Assembly (NCBI GenBank): GCA_038248875.1
Contig: JBBRWY010000006.1
Coordinates: 4,094-68,093 of the forward strand
From: Treponematales bacterium
GTDB lineage: Bacteria > Spirochaetota > Spirochaetia > Treponematales > Treponemataceae
DNA: 64,000 nt
Reading direction: 5' to 3'
Below are positions 28,167 through 38,324 of this stretch, piece after piece; within the stretch, counting starts at the first letter, position 1; every line of letters begins with the position of its first letter. The translations under genes were made by a program, and so were the position numbers. A model generated the notes under the pieces. It had not been told where the DNA came from and did no database searches. It was given only the letters and a program-made list of their open reading frames with translations.

Positions 28167-29687
28167 GTGGATGTTCGTGTACGTTATGCTCCGTCCCCGA
28201 CGGGAATGCAGCACATCGGTGGGGTAAGAACCGCCCTTTTTAATTATTTGTATGCCCGTTCGTCCGGCGGAAAATTCATTTTGCGCCTCGAAGATACCGA
28301 CCAGATTCGCTCCGGCAAAGAGTTTGTCCAGAACCTCTATGATACTCTTTCCTGGCTCGGTATCGACTGGGACGAGGGCGGCGACAAGGGTGGCCCGTAC
28401 GCACCCTACATCCAGTCCGAGCGGTTCGAACTGTACAAAAAACACGCCCTCGAACTTGTCGAAAAGGGACAGGCCTACTACTGCTTCTGCGATAGCGAGC
28501 GACTCGAAAATCTCCGTAAAACGCAGACAATGAATAAAGGCATGCTCGGCTACGACCGGCACTGCCGTTCACTTTCTCCGGAAGAAGTACAAGCCGGGCT
28601 TGCCACAGGTAAGCCGTACGTCATTCGCCTCGCCGTTCCGCTCGAAGGTTCTACCAAATTTCACGACGAGCTTCTCGGTGACATTGAATGGAAAAACGAA
28701 GACGTAAATCCTGATCCCGTACTGCTCAAGAGCGACGGATTCCCCACGTACCATCTGGCGAATATTGTGGATGACCATTTTATGGAAATTACCCATGTTA
28801 TGCGTGCGCAGGAGTGGATTCCGTCTACCCCGCTTCATGTAGTGCTATACAAGGCCTTTGGCTGGAAGCATCCCGATTACTGTCATCTTCCGATGGTGAT
28901 GGGGCAGGACGGCCATAAACTGTCCAAGCGGCATGGAGCGACGAGTTGCAACGAATTCCGCAACAATGGCTACCTCCGCGAGGCGCTCATTAACTATATC
29001 GCGATGCTCGGCTGTTCTTTCGAGGATGGTCGCGACCTCTATACCCTCGATGAACTGGGAAAACTTTTCAAGATGGAACACATCAATAAGGCTCCGGCAG
29101 TATTCGACTACAAAAAACTCGAGTGGTTTAACGGTCAGTACATGCGCCTGAAAAGCGACGAAGAGTTATTTGAATTAACCTGGCCATTCATCGCAAACGC
29201 GGGTCTTTACGGTCCGGTGGACCAAGGTGCGCGTGAAAAAGCAGGCTTTCTTTTTGCCGATCAGACCCTGATAGTACCGACACCGGAACAGAAGGCCTTC
29301 CTCATCAAAGTCATGCCTCTCGTGAAGGAGCGCCTCCATTTCCTGACCGACGCCCCTTTGATGGTCGCTTTCCTCGTCAATGAGCCCGCTGTTCCCCCGA
29401 TCGAGGAAATCGTGCCGAAAAAGCTCGATGCCGCGAAAACCCGGGAAGTATTGCTTGCCGCCAAGGAAGTAACCAGCAAAATCGAAGACATGAGCGAGGA
29501 AGAAGCTAACGTGCTGTTCCACGCAAAAGCCGAAGAACTGGGCGTCAAGCTCGGTGATTTTATGATGCCCATACGCATGGCGATTTGCGGCAGCAAGGTA
29601 AGCCCGCCGCTTGTCGGTTCGATCCAGATTCTCGGAACTGCGAAAGCAATTGAGCGAATCGAACGAACACTAGCAGAGCGTTTTTAG
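28167..29687 (+). CDS. gltX: Glutamyl-tRNA synthetase
   Basis: GTG at 28167, 6 nt after AAGGAG. HIGH-type PSPTGMQHIGGVRTALFNY and KMSKS-type HKLSKRHG. Confidence 0.9.
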   Translation: MDVRVRYAPSPTGMQHIGGVRTALFNYLYARSSGGKFILRLEDTDQIRSGKEFVQNLYDTLSWLGIDWDEGGDKGGPYAPYIQSERFELYKKHALELVEKGQAYYCFCDSERLENLRKTQTMNKGMLGYDRHCRSLSPEEVQAGLATGKPYVIRLAVPLEGSTKFHDELLGDIEWKNEDVNPDPVLLKSDGFPTYHLANIVDDHFMEITHVMRAQEWIPSTPLHVVLYKAFGWKHPDYCHLPMVMGQDGHKLSKRHGATSCNEFRNNGYLREALINYIAMLGCSFEDGRDLYTLDELGKLFKMEHINKAPAVFDYKKLEWFNGQYMRLKSDEELFELTWPFIANAGLYGPVDQGAREKAGFLFADQTLIVPTPEQKAFLIKVMPLVKERLHFLTDAPLMVAFLVNEPAVPPIEEIVPKKLDAAKTREVLLAAKEVTSKIEDMSEEEANVLFHAKAEELGVKLGDFMMPIRMAICGSKVSPPLVGSIQILGTAKAIERIERTLAERF

Positions 29688-29692
29688 AATCA

Positions 29693-29718
29693 ACGGCGGT
29701 TAAACGACCGCCGTTTTT
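29693..29718 (+). terminator. Rho-independent terminator after gltX
   Basis: ACGGCGGT (29693-29700), a 6-nt loop, ACCGCCGT (29707-29714), then a T-run to 29718. Confidence 0.7.
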
Positions 29719-29785
29719 ATTTACACCCGAGGTAATTGCAAAAGTCGATTACTTTTGCCGAAATTCTCCACCTACATTATTGGTA

Positions 29786-29818
29786 GATCTTGCAAAACTT
29801 CCTGAGTTTTGCAAGATC
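29786..29818. promoter_or_regulatory. Perfect inverted repeat with 14-bp arms (GATCTTGCAAAACT-tcctg-AGTTTTGCAAGATC)
   Basis: Verified base by base. It lies 35 bp upstream of the putative -35 of the hydrogenase-like MCP gene. Confidence 0.5.
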
Positions 29819-29852
29819 CTCGCCTTTTTTATATATAATTTTATTTATAAAT

Positions 29853-29881
29853 TTGACTCCTGAACTATTTCGAACCATAAT
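29853..29881 (+). promoter_or_regulatory. Putative sigma70-type promoter (TTGACT-N17-CATAAT) 5 nt upstream of the ATG
   Basis: Hexamers at 29853-29858 and 29876-29881. No Shine-Dalgarno sequence between the -10 and the ATG at 29887. Confidence 0.4.
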
Positions 29882-29886
29882 TAATT

Positions 29887-32175
29887 ATGAATTCCAAAAA
29901 TCATTCAAATTGGAATTTCAGAGCAGGCTTGAAAATGGGTGTTCAGGAAATGACTCGCGAGATCATATACACTGTTGAGGAAAAATGTGTTGGCTGCAAC
30001 AAATGTATTCGGAAATGTCCGGTTGTCGGGGCAAATAGTTCCTGGATGTCCACGGATGGAAACAAGGTCCGTGTCGATCAGGAAAAATGCATACGCTGCG
30101 GGGCCTGCCTAGATGCTTGTTCCCATGAAGCCCGACAATATCGGGACGATACCGCTTCTTTTTTCGAGGATCTTTCTCGTGGTACGGTAATATCGGTAGT
30201 CGCTGCACCGGCAGCACGTGTCAACTTTGAAAATCATCGTCGTTTGATTGGCTACCTCAAGACCTGCGGAATACATTTGGTGTATGACGTGTCATTTGGT
30301 GCTGACATTACTACATGGGCGTACCTCAAAGCAATTAAGGAAAACGGTCTTTCATCAGTCGTTGCGCAGCCCTGTCCCGCTATCGTGAACTATATAGAAA
30401 AATATCAAAGCAGCCTGATTCCAAATTTAGCTCCAGTTCATAGCCCAACATTGTGCACGGCAATCTACCTTAAAAAATATGAACATCTTACGGAGAAGAT
30501 TGCCTTTTTGTCACCGTGCATAGGCAAAATCGATGAATTCCGCGATCCGAATACCTCTGCAAACGTATCCTACAATGTTACGTATCGAAAATTGTATGAG
30601 TACCTTCGAGAAAAAAGTGTTGATCTATCCCGGTACAATGAAGTGGAATTTGATGATATTGGCTGCTGGCTCGGCTGTTTGTACGGTCGTCCAGGCGGGT
30701 TGCGGGAGAATGTCGAATCGTTGGTCCCGGGCGCCTGGGTACGACAAATCGAGGGCAAGGAACATGCATACCCATACCTTACGCAGTATGGAAAACGAAT
30801 TTCCCAGGGAAAAAAGGTACCGCTTCTCGTTGACATTCTCAATTGCTCGAACGGCTGTAACCGGGGAACGGCAACCGTGGGGACATTGTCCATAGATGAT
30901 TCTGATGCACAATTGAATGAACTCAAGAATCAAAAAAAGGCTGGCAATAAGAAAGCCGAGCTCTTTGCCATGTTTGATGAAAAATTGAAACTCTCCGATT
31001 TTATGCGGGTGTATTCAGATCGTTCCGTTTTGATGAAAGAACCAAACTCCGTCGAGTTGGATACTATTTATGCTAGCCTGTACAAGACCACCCCGGAATC
31101 ACGTAAAGTAGACTGTTCAGCCTGCGGTTATGACACTTGCGCCTTGATGGCGATGGCTATTCATAACGGAATAAACAATAAGATGAACTGTATCAGGTTC
31201 AATCAGTGTGAAATCGAACTTGAATCTCGAAGCATCAACGAAAAAACCCAATTTATCGATGAGATTACCCGCTATACAAATATGATCGTGTCTGTTCTTG
31301 ACAAGGCAGCAAGCCTTGATCTCGATGTCGAGCTTACAGGGGAGTTTAAAGGTGAATTCGGAAAAATAAAGGATTCGATCAATCACATTCTGGAAATTCT
31401 CGACAGTACGCTTAGTGTGATTCGCGATGCCGCTACCGAATTCAGCGCGGGTGCGGATCAGGTGTCGATGGACGGCTCCCGAGTCGCCGAGGGTTCCTCC
31501 GGACAAGCAGTGGCAGTGGATAAGCTTTTATCGCTGATTACTATGCTTTCCGAGAAAACCTCACTGAATACAAGCAATGCTAAAAAGGCACAGATTTTGA
31601 CTGTTTCGGCTAGGGATGCCGCAGATGAAGGGAACCGCCGAATGCGAGATCTTCAGAAGGCAATGGGTGAGATTAATACCTCGTCAGCCAATATTGGCAA
31701 AGTCCTTGCAACAATCGAATCAATCGCTTTTCAGACGAATCTGTTGGCCCTCAATGCTGCTATAGAGGCCGCCCGGGCGGGAAAATACGGGAAAGGTTTT
31801 GCTGTTGTCGCCGAAGAGGTGCGGATGCTGTCGAGAAAATGTTCCGATTCGGTGCGTGAAAGCGCTGACTTGATACAGGAATCAGTATCAAAAGTGAAGG
31901 CGGGGACAGGAATCGCGAACGATACCGCTGTCGTCCTTGATAGGATTGTTAGCAAATCCACCGATATTGCCGGAATTGTCGCGGCGATCGCCCTAGCATC
32001 TGGGGAACAATCAGAAGGGATCGAGAACATCAAGGGCAACGTTCAGCAGGTTTCACGTGCGGTTCAGTCCAATACCACTGTCTCGCATGCAAGCGCTGCA
32101 ACCAGTCGAGAATTGTCCGATTTAGCCACGTTACTCAAAGATAGCGTATATCAGTTCAATTTGCGGCAGAGATAA
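29887..32175 (+). CDS. Soluble chemoreceptor: 2x[4Fe-4S] ferredoxin + [FeFe]-hydrogenase H-domain-like + Cx2Cx4Cx16C + MCP signalling domain
   Basis: [12 protein letters not shown] and [13 protein letters not shown]-cluster-type motifs [54 protein letters not shown] core [36 protein letters not shown]. No TM segment. The exact start is uncertain (alternatives at 29935 and 29950). Confidence 0.85.
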   Translation: MNSKNHSNWNFRAGLKMGVQEMTREIIYTVEEKCVGCNKCIRKCPVVGANSSWMSTDGNKVRVDQEKCIRCGACLDACSHEARQYRDDTASFFEDLSRGTVISVVAAPAARVNFENHRRLIGYLKTCGIHLVYDVSFGADITTWAYLKAIKENGLSSVVAQPCPAIVNYIEKYQSSLIPNLAPVHSPTLCTAIYLKKYEHLTEKIAFLSPCIGKIDEFRDPNTSANVSYNVTYRKLYEYLREKSVDLSRYNEVEFDDIGCWLGCLYGRPGGLRENVESLVPGAWVRQIEGKEHAYPYLTQYGKRISQGKKVPLLVDILNCSNGCNRGTATVGTLSIDDSDAQLNELKNQKKAGNKKAELFAMFDEKLKLSDFMRVYSDRSVLMKEPNSVELDTIYASLYKTTPESRKVDCSACGYDTCALMAMAIHNGINNKMNCIRFNQCEIELESRSINEKTQFIDEITRYTNMIVSVLDKAASLDLDVELTGEFKGEFGKIKDSINHILEILDSTLSVIRDAATEFSAGADQVSMDGSRVAEGSSGQAVAVDKLLSLITMLSEKTSLNTSNAKKAQILTVSARDAADEGNRRMRDLQKAMGEINTSSANIGKVLATIESIAFQTNLLALNAAIEAARAGKYGKGFAVVAEEVRMLSRKCSDSVRESADLIQESVSKVKAGTGIANDTAVVLDRIVSKSTDIAGIVAAIALASGEQSEGIENIKGNVQQVSRAVQSNTTVSHASAATSRELSDLATLLKDSVYQFNLRQR

Positions 32176-32281
32176 CTGCGGCACAGCAAATAACTCATAA
32201 TTTCCCGTGTGTATATCCTACAGTATGGCGGACTTTGCAGGATTCAGGGACTTAGGGCTCCATCTGCAATAGATATCTGAC

Positions 32282-32316
32282 GAGGGGCTCGAGAGAGGGA
32301 CGTTCGCCCCTCTTTT
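32282..32316 (+). terminator. Rho-independent terminator after the hydrogenase-like MCP gene
   Basis: GAGGGGC (32282-32288), a 17-nt loop, GCCCCTC (32306-32312), then TTTT. Confidence 0.55.
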
Positions 32317-32497
32317 AAACTTGTGCCTCGATTTTTGTTCTGATTACTCTTCTGTACATCTACTGAAAAAATATGGTATCATCACCCAATTTCAGTCCCC
32401 CGAGAAACCGGGCCAGGAACGTTCCGTTTCTCTTTGAGTTCGAGCCCGAAAGATCGAACATCACTGCATCCAGCGGGGGCACAAGGAGCATTTTTAA

Positions 32498-33853
32498 ATG
32501 GATAATCACGCGGTATCAATGGAAAAAATCGTCAGTCTGTGCAAACGGCGCGGTTTTGTATTTCAGTCCTCCGAAATTTACGGCGGACAGAACGGCGCCT
32601 GGGATTACGGTCCCCTCGGCATTGAACTCAAGAACAATATCCAGAAAGCCTGGTGGAAAGAAATGACCCAGCTGCATGACAACATCGTTGGTCTCGACGC
32701 CGCGATCCTCATGCACCCCCGCGTATGGGAAGCCTCGGGCCATGTCGCCAACTTCTCCGACCCGCTCGTCGACTGCAAGGACTGCAAGTCCCGCTTCCGC
32801 GCCGATGATGACACTCAGATTTCCCTTGATAATGTCGAAAAGCGTATTTGTCCGAAATGCGGTGGACCGTTGACCGAACCGCGCTCGTTCAATCTGATGT
32901 TCAAGACGTCAATCGGACCGGCCGAAGATACTTCCTCGGTTATCTATCTCCGCCCCGAAACAGCTCAGGGTATTTATGTAAACTATAAGAACATCGCCCA
33001 GTCCAACCGACTCAAGATTCCTTTTGGAATTGCACAGGTGGGAAAGGCGTTCCGTAACGAAATCGTGACCAAAAACTTTATTTTCCGCACCTGCGAGTTC
33101 GAGCAGATGGAAATGCAGTTCTTTGTGAAGCCCGGCGAGGATGAAAAATTCTTCGAGTACTGGCGCGCACGGCGCATGGCGTACTACCCGAAATACGGTA
33201 TCCGCGCCGAAAAACTCCGCTTTCACCACCATGATAAGCTCGCGCATTACGCGAAGGACGCTTACGACATCGAATTTGAATTTCCGATGGGCTTCCAGGA
33301 GCTCGAAGGCATCCACAACCGCACCGATTTCGACTTGACCCAACACATCAAGTTTTCCGGAAAAGACCTGCAGTACATCGATCAGGATAATGGCAACGAG
33401 CACTATACCCCGTACATTATCGAGACGTCGGCTGGTCTGACCCGTAACGTTCTTATGTTCCTGTGCGACTCATACGAAGAAGAAAAGGTTGCCGACAAAG
33501 GCAATGACGATGACTGGAGAACCGTTCTCCATTTCCATCCGGCCATCGCACCGGTAACCGTTGCAGTGCTTCCCCTCATGAAGAAGGACGGACTGGCGGA
33601 GCTTGCCAAAGATATCCAGAATGAACTGAAAGAAGACTTTAGCACGGACTACGACCAGTCAGGCGCCATCGGTAAACGTTACCGCCGCCAGGACGAAGTT
33701 GGAACCCCGTTCTGCATCACCATCGACTACGATTCGAAGGAAGACAATACCGTCACTCTCCGTTTCCGCGACTCGATGGAACAAGTCCGCGTAAACCGTG
33801 CCGATCTTGCTTCTCGCATCCGGGCAGAAATAAAAAACTATAAACGCGTGTAA
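32498..33853 (+). CDS. glyQS: Glycyl-tRNA synthetase (single-chain class II type)
   Basis: [72 protein letters not shown] lies before the ATG. Confidence 0.95.
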   Translation: MDNHAVSMEKIVSLCKRRGFVFQSSEIYGGQNGAWDYGPLGIELKNNIQKAWWKEMTQLHDNIVGLDAAILMHPRVWEASGHVANFSDPLVDCKDCKSRFRADDDTQISLDNVEKRICPKCGGPLTEPRSFNLMFKTSIGPAEDTSSVIYLRPETAQGIYVNYKNIAQSNRLKIPFGIAQVGKAFRNEIVTKNFIFRTCEFEQMEMQFFVKPGEDEKFFEYWRARRMAYYPKYGIRAEKLRFHHHDKLAHYAKDAYDIEFEFPMGFQELEGIHNRTDFDLTQHIKFSGKDLQYIDQDNGNEHYTPYIIETSAGLTRNVLMFLCDSYEEEKVADKGNDDDWRTVLHFHPAIAPVTVAVLPLMKKDGLAELAKDIQNELKEDFSTDYDQSGAIGKRYRRQDEVGTPFCITIDYDSKEDNTVTLRFRDSMEQVRVNRADLASRIRAEIKNYKRV

Positions 33854-33885
33854 GCGGCTCACGGATTCTATACGGGAGGTGACGG

Positions 33886-35052
33886 ATGGCGGACAGTAAC
33901 AGACTCCACAGCATCAACACCTCCCGCATCCTGCGAACCATCCGCCTCAATCCCGGCATCAGCCGCATCAAGGTTGCCGAGATGCTTGACCTTGACCGTT
34001 CGACGGTAACCAAAATCATGCAGGGTATCCTCGAGAATGGTCTGGTCGAAACCGCCGGTAAAAACACCGAGCAAAGCGGTGTCGGCAGACGGCAGATAAA
34101 CCTTCGCATCAATGAAGAGCTTGGTGTCGTACTCGGCATCGAGATTCAGGATACCCGGTACAGTGCGGTAGTGACGACCTTTTCCGGAACAATACTGCAC
34201 TCATTCTCTGGCAGTGTACGGGTTTCGCTTTCTAATCTGACGGAAGAGATTCTTTCGATCATTACCCGGGCTAAAGATTTTACTGCGCAGGAACACTTAT
34301 TCCTTCTCGGCATCGGCATCGGACTACCCGGCATTCTTGATCCGTATACCGGTCATATAATCCGTAGCCATTCTCTACATATTACCGAGACGTACGATAT
34401 TCGGTCTAAGCTCGAAGCGCAGTGTTCCGAACCGGTATTCATCGAGAACGATGCGAACTGCTGCTGTTGGGGTGAGCTTGCCTTTAATTCGGAAAACAGG
34501 GACCGGAATTTTATCGCCGTACTGGGTGAGTTCAGAGACGCGGTGCCGGGTACGACCGATTATCATGGCTTTTCTATTGGTCTCGGACTTGTAGTCAGGG
34601 AACGAGTTTTGCATGGCGACCATTTTACCGTCGGGGAATACCGGAGCGTGACTGCCTCTCCCGAGACCGGACAATTCAGCATACCGTATAGTGATTTTCA
34701 TACCCTTCCGGGAAATTGCACACTGCTTCGCGAAGTGTACCGCGAACTTTCCGGGAACCTTGCCTTTCTGGTTAATTGTGTGGATCTGACCAAAATTGTG
34801 TTTACCGGCGATATTCCGGCGCATCGCGAAAACCTTACGGAATTGATGCAAGAGGCGATTGCCCGAAACTGGCAATATTCGCTTGAACGAAATCTTGATA
34901 TTGAATTTTCTGAAAATGGACATCAATCGGTGTGCCTTGGGGCTGCAGGGCTTTTTGTTGAAAAGCTTTTTTCGGTTCCCGATATCGCTGGCCGCTTTGA
35001 TGAGCTGGTCGGGTATGACTTGTACGAAAATATACTGAAACGCAAAGGATAA
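33886..35052 (+). CDS. ROK-family transcriptional regulator (wHTH + sugar-kinase-like fold)
   Basis: N-terminal ILRTIRLNPGISRIKVAEMLDLDRSTVTKIM, then GIGIGLPGILD and ENDANCCCWGE. Confidence 0.8.
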   Translation: MADSNRLHSINTSRILRTIRLNPGISRIKVAEMLDLDRSTVTKIMQGILENGLVETAGKNTEQSGVGRRQINLRINEELGVVLGIEIQDTRYSAVVTTFSGTILHSFSGSVRVSLSNLTEEILSIITRAKDFTAQEHLFLLGIGIGLPGILDPYTGHIIRSHSLHITETYDIRSKLEAQCSEPVFIENDANCCCWGELAFNSENRDRNFIAVLGEFRDAVPGTTDYHGFSIGLGLVVRERVLHGDHFTVGEYRSVTASPETGQFSIPYSDFHTLPGNCTLLREVYRELSGNLAFLVNCVDLTKIVFTGDIPAHRENLTELMQEAIARNWQYSLERNLDIEFSENGHQSVCLGAAGLFVEKLFSVPDIAGRFDELVGYDLYENILKRKG

Positions 35053-35058
35053 TCCTGC

Positions 35059-36078
35059 ATGGAATACATAACAGTAGGAAAGACGGGACTGATGGTCTCG
35101 CGAACCGCATTTGGGGCTCTTCCGCTCCAACGTGTAACCGAAACAGGCGAGGCTGTCTCGCTCATCCGCGCAGCATACGAAGGCGGTATCAACTTTTTCG
35201 ACACAGCCCGATCATATTCAGATAGCGAGGAAAAACTCGGGCTTGCAATGGACGAAATCCGCAAGGACGTGATAATTGCCACAAAGTCTGCAGCTCGAAC
35301 CGGCGAGGACATGAAAAAAGATCTTGAAACAAGCCTGCAAACCCTGGATACGGATTATATCGACTTGTATCAGCTACACAATCCCTCATTTGTGCCGCTT
35401 CCTGATGGAGAGGACGGCCTTTATGACGCTCTTCTCGAAGCCAAGAAGGCGGGTAAAATCCGGTTTTTTGGCATTACCAATCATTCACTCCAGTTGGCCA
35501 CCACAGCAGTCGAAAGCGCTCTCTACGATACGCTGCAGTATCCGCTTTCTTATCTAGCAGATGTGAACGACCTTGCACTCGTACAATTTTGCGGCGACAG
35601 GGATATGGGCTTCATCGCGATGAAGGCGCTTGCCGGTGGGCTTATTACCCGCATACCTGCTGCTTTTGCCTGGATGCGCCAATTCGAGGGTGTCGTTCCT
35701 ATTTGGGGAATACAGAAAAAAACGGAACTTGCCGATTTTCTTGCTCTCGAGATGAATCCGGTTCAGCTTGATGACGAGATGAAGCTGCTTATTGAAGCGG
35801 ACCGCAAAGCTCTCTGCGGTAACTTTTGCCGTGGCTGCGGCTACTGTCTTCCTTGCCCGGTAAGTATTCCTATCAATAACGCGAACCGGATGAGCCAGTT
35901 GCTTCGCCGCTCCCCGACCGATCAGTGGTTAACACCCGAATGGCAGGAGCTGATGGGCCGCATCGAAAACTGCACCCGGTGCGGCATCTGCGAGCAGCGT
36001 TGTCCTTACGGGCTCAAGCCGTACGAGACAATGCCCGCCCACCTCGCTGATTACCGGACTTTCCTCAAAAAAGATTAA
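35059..36078 (+). CDS. Aldo/keto reductase with a C-terminal Fe-S (Cys-rich) extension
   Basis: GINFFDTARSYSDSEEKLG, DLYQLHNP. C-terminal CGNFCRGCGYCLPCP and CTRCGICEQRCP. Confidence 0.85.
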   Translation: MEYITVGKTGLMVSRTAFGALPLQRVTETGEAVSLIRAAYEGGINFFDTARSYSDSEEKLGLAMDEIRKDVIIATKSAARTGEDMKKDLETSLQTLDTDYIDLYQLHNPSFVPLPDGEDGLYDALLEAKKAGKIRFFGITNHSLQLATTAVESALYDTLQYPLSYLADVNDLALVQFCGDRDMGFIAMKALAGGLITRIPAAFAWMRQFEGVVPIWGIQKKTELADFLALEMNPVQLDDEMKLLIEADRKALCGNFCRGCGYCLPCPVSIPINNANRMSQLLRRSPTDQWLTPEWQELMGRIENCTRCGICEQRCPYGLKPYETMPAHLADYRTFLKKD

Positions 36079-38144
36079 TCCTCGAGACTTTCCAGTTCCT
36101 TGAGCCAAACAGCGGCCGAGGCGTCGCTCGGCATGCGCCAGTCGCTTCGGGGCGACAGGGTAACGCTACCCACCTTCGGTCCGTCCGGCATGCACGAACG
36201 CTTGAATTGCTGGCTGAAAAATCGTTTGTAGAAAATTTGCATCCACTTGAGAATTTCCACCCGGGCATACCATTCGCCAAAAGCCTGTTCGGCCATGAAA
36301 AGGATCTTGGCCGGAGAAAAACCCCAGCGCGCAAGATAATACAGAAAAAAGTCGTGAAGCTCGTATGGACCGACAATATGTTCGGTTATTTGCGAAATTT
36401 CACCATTTTCCGGAGGAAGTAATTCGGGGCTGACCGGAGTGTCCAAAATCGAAGCGAGTACGGCGGAAAACTGTTTGTGGTCCGTTTCGGCAAAGGATTC
36501 CGGATTGTCGGCGCAGTAGCGGACGAGGTGCGTAACGAGGGTTTTGGGTATCGACGAGTTGACTGCGTACATGGACATGTGGTCGCCATTGTACGTTGCC
36601 CAGCCGAGTGCGAGTTCCGACAAGTCTCCCGTGCCGATTACGAGGCCGTTTGTTTGGTTTGCCTTATCCATTAGGATTTGGGTGCGTTCGCGGGCTTGCG
36701 AGTTTTCGTAGGTGATATCGAAGGTTTCGGGATTCTGGCCAATATCGAAGAAATGCTGTTTTACTGCCTTGTGTATTTTGATTTCTTCTGTGGCCGTGCC
36801 AAGATGGGTAGCCAGCTTGAGCGCGTTGCTCTTTGTGCGTTTGGTAGTCCCGAAGCCGGGCATGGTGATGGCGAGAATGCCGCTTCGAGGCAGAGCCAGC
36901 TGGTCGAAAGCCCTGACGGTCACGAGGAGTGCCAGTGTCGAGTCGAGACCACCCGAGAGCCCTAATACGGCGTATTTGATACCCGTGTGGGTGAGCCGCT
37001 TGACGAGACCCGCAGTCTGGATGGCAAACACTTCTTCGCAACGGTGGACCAGGTTGTTCGTATCGGCGGGTACGAAGGGGTGTGGGTCAATTTTGCGGAG
37101 GAGAAGTGGTATCTGAGGTGGGGGATTTTGTGTCCCCTGTAGGCTTTGGGTAGCTTGCATAATTGACATAGCTTGGGTATTTTGTATACCTACCGGTAGG
37201 TATACTGACCCCGAACCTTGATCCAGCGGAATTGAAACGCGAACATACGGTGCTGTGCCTGTAATGCCGCCGGTCATATTGCAGCTATTGTCGAACGTGT
37301 TCATCCTGCGGCGTTCCTGCAGCAGGCGGCCGGTGTCGATGTCAGCACACAGGAGTCCTGTAGAAAAGAGGCTGCTTTCAGCGAGAATAGTCCCGTTTTC
37401 GGCGATGAGGTTGTGTCCGGAAAACACCATATCCGTCGTCGATTCTCCCTGTCCTGCATCGGCATACACATATGCGCACACCCCGTGACCGGACTGTCCA
37501 GAAACCAGCGTACGGCGGTAAGCAGCCTTGCCGATTACCTCGTTGCTCGCAGACAAGTTCGCGATAATAAGGGCTCCAGCTTGTACATGGGTTGACGAAG
37601 GCGGCGAGGGAACCCAGAGGTCTTCGCAGATTTCAGCAGAAAAACTGATGTCCGCGTTTTTTTCGTCGCAAAAGACCAGAGCGGTACCAAAAGGAACCGG
37701 GTCGGGACCGAAGACGCCGGCCGGTATGGTTTGGTTTGACTCGGGTGCCGGTGTGAAATGACGAAGTTCATAGAATTCCCCGTAGTTGGGAATTCGGGTT
37801 TTGGGCACGATACCGGCGATCTTCCCGCGACAAATGACGGCGGCGCAATTATAACGCGAGTTGCCCCAGTTGAACGGAAAGCCTACGATGCTTGTTATTG
37901 GAACGTCGCGGGTTTTCTCTGCGATCAGTCTGATGGCGGCAAGAGAGACCCGACCAAGAAGTTCCTGCGAGAAAAGGTCGCCACAGGTATAACCTGTTAC
38001 GCAAAGCTCGGGAAACACGACAAGAGCTGCACCTTTCGAGGCAGCTTCCCTAATCAGTGCGAGAATGCCCGCGGTGTTTTCGCCGCAGTCACCGACAGTG
38101 CATTCCGGCGTAGCTGCCGCAACCCTTAAAAAACCGTGCATCAT
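36075..38144 (-). CDS. nadE: Glutamine-dependent NAD+ synthetase (CN-hydrolase + PP-loop synthetase)
   Basis: Start trimmed to the ATGATG at 38139-38144, 7 nt after AAGGAG. FPELCVTGY, EICEDLW, GLSGGLDS. A Q-rich linker joins the two domains. Confidence 0.9.
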   Translation of the reverse strand: MMHGFLRVAAATPECTVGDCGENTAGILALIREAASKGAALVVFPELCVTGYTCGDLFSQELLGRVSLAAIRLIAEKTRDVPITSIVGFPFNWGNSRYNCAAVICRGKIAGIVPKTRIPNYGEFYELRHFTPAPESNQTIPAGVFGPDPVPFGTALVFCDEKNADISFSAEICEDLWVPSPPSSTHVQAGALIIANLSASNEVIGKAAYRRTLVSGQSGHGVCAYVYADAGQGESTTDMVFSGHNLIAENGTILAESSLFSTGLLCADIDTGRLLQERRRMNTFDNSCNMTGGITGTAPYVRVSIPLDQGSGSVYLPVGIQNTQAMSIMQATQSLQGTQNPPPQIPLLLRKIDPHPFVPADTNNLVHRCEEVFAIQTAGLVKRLTHTGIKYAVLGLSGGLDSTLALLVTVRAFDQLALPRSGILAITMPGFGTTKRTKSNALKLATHLGTATEEIKIHKAVKQHFFDIGQNPETFDITYENSQARERTQILMDKANQTNGLVIGTGDLSELALGWATYNGDHMSMYAVNSSIPKTLVTHLVRYCADNPESFAETDHKQFSAVLASILDTPVSPELLPPENGEISQITEHIVGPYELHDFFLYYLARWGFSPAKILFMAEQAFGEWYARVEILKWMQIFYKRFFSQQFKRSCMPDGPKVGSVTLSPRSDWRMPSDASAAVWLKELESLED

Positions 38145-38184
38145 ATCGGTTCTCCTTTCAACAACTCTAGTATACCCCCTCAGC

Positions 38185-38262
38185 GTATACAAAAACAGAC
38201 AAAAATTATATACTTTTCCGCATGAACAAGGCACTTGAAACACTCAAAGAACGCGGATTTTT
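38185..38262 (+). repeat. Direct repeat copy 1 (78 nt): duplicate of the tyrS promoter region plus the first 13 codons
   Basis: Identical to 38325-38402 except for one base (A at 38208 versus G at 38348). Verified by alignment of the printed sequence. Confidence 0.9.
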
Positions 38263-38324
38263 AAAGGAAAAATCCGCGAACCTTGCAAGTGACTTGTGCA
38301 TGCCAGCGTAGAATCACGCTATCG

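Noticed and set aside
32317-32497. T-box or other riboswitch leader upstream of the aminoacyl-tRNA synthetase genes (also 28081-28166 for gltX and 38145-38361 for tyrS)
   Set aside because: I found no T-box core, specifier-loop architecture or terminator/antiterminator pair. The glyQS leader shows only short hairpins (GTTCGA...TCGAAC) and a normal AAGGAG site.
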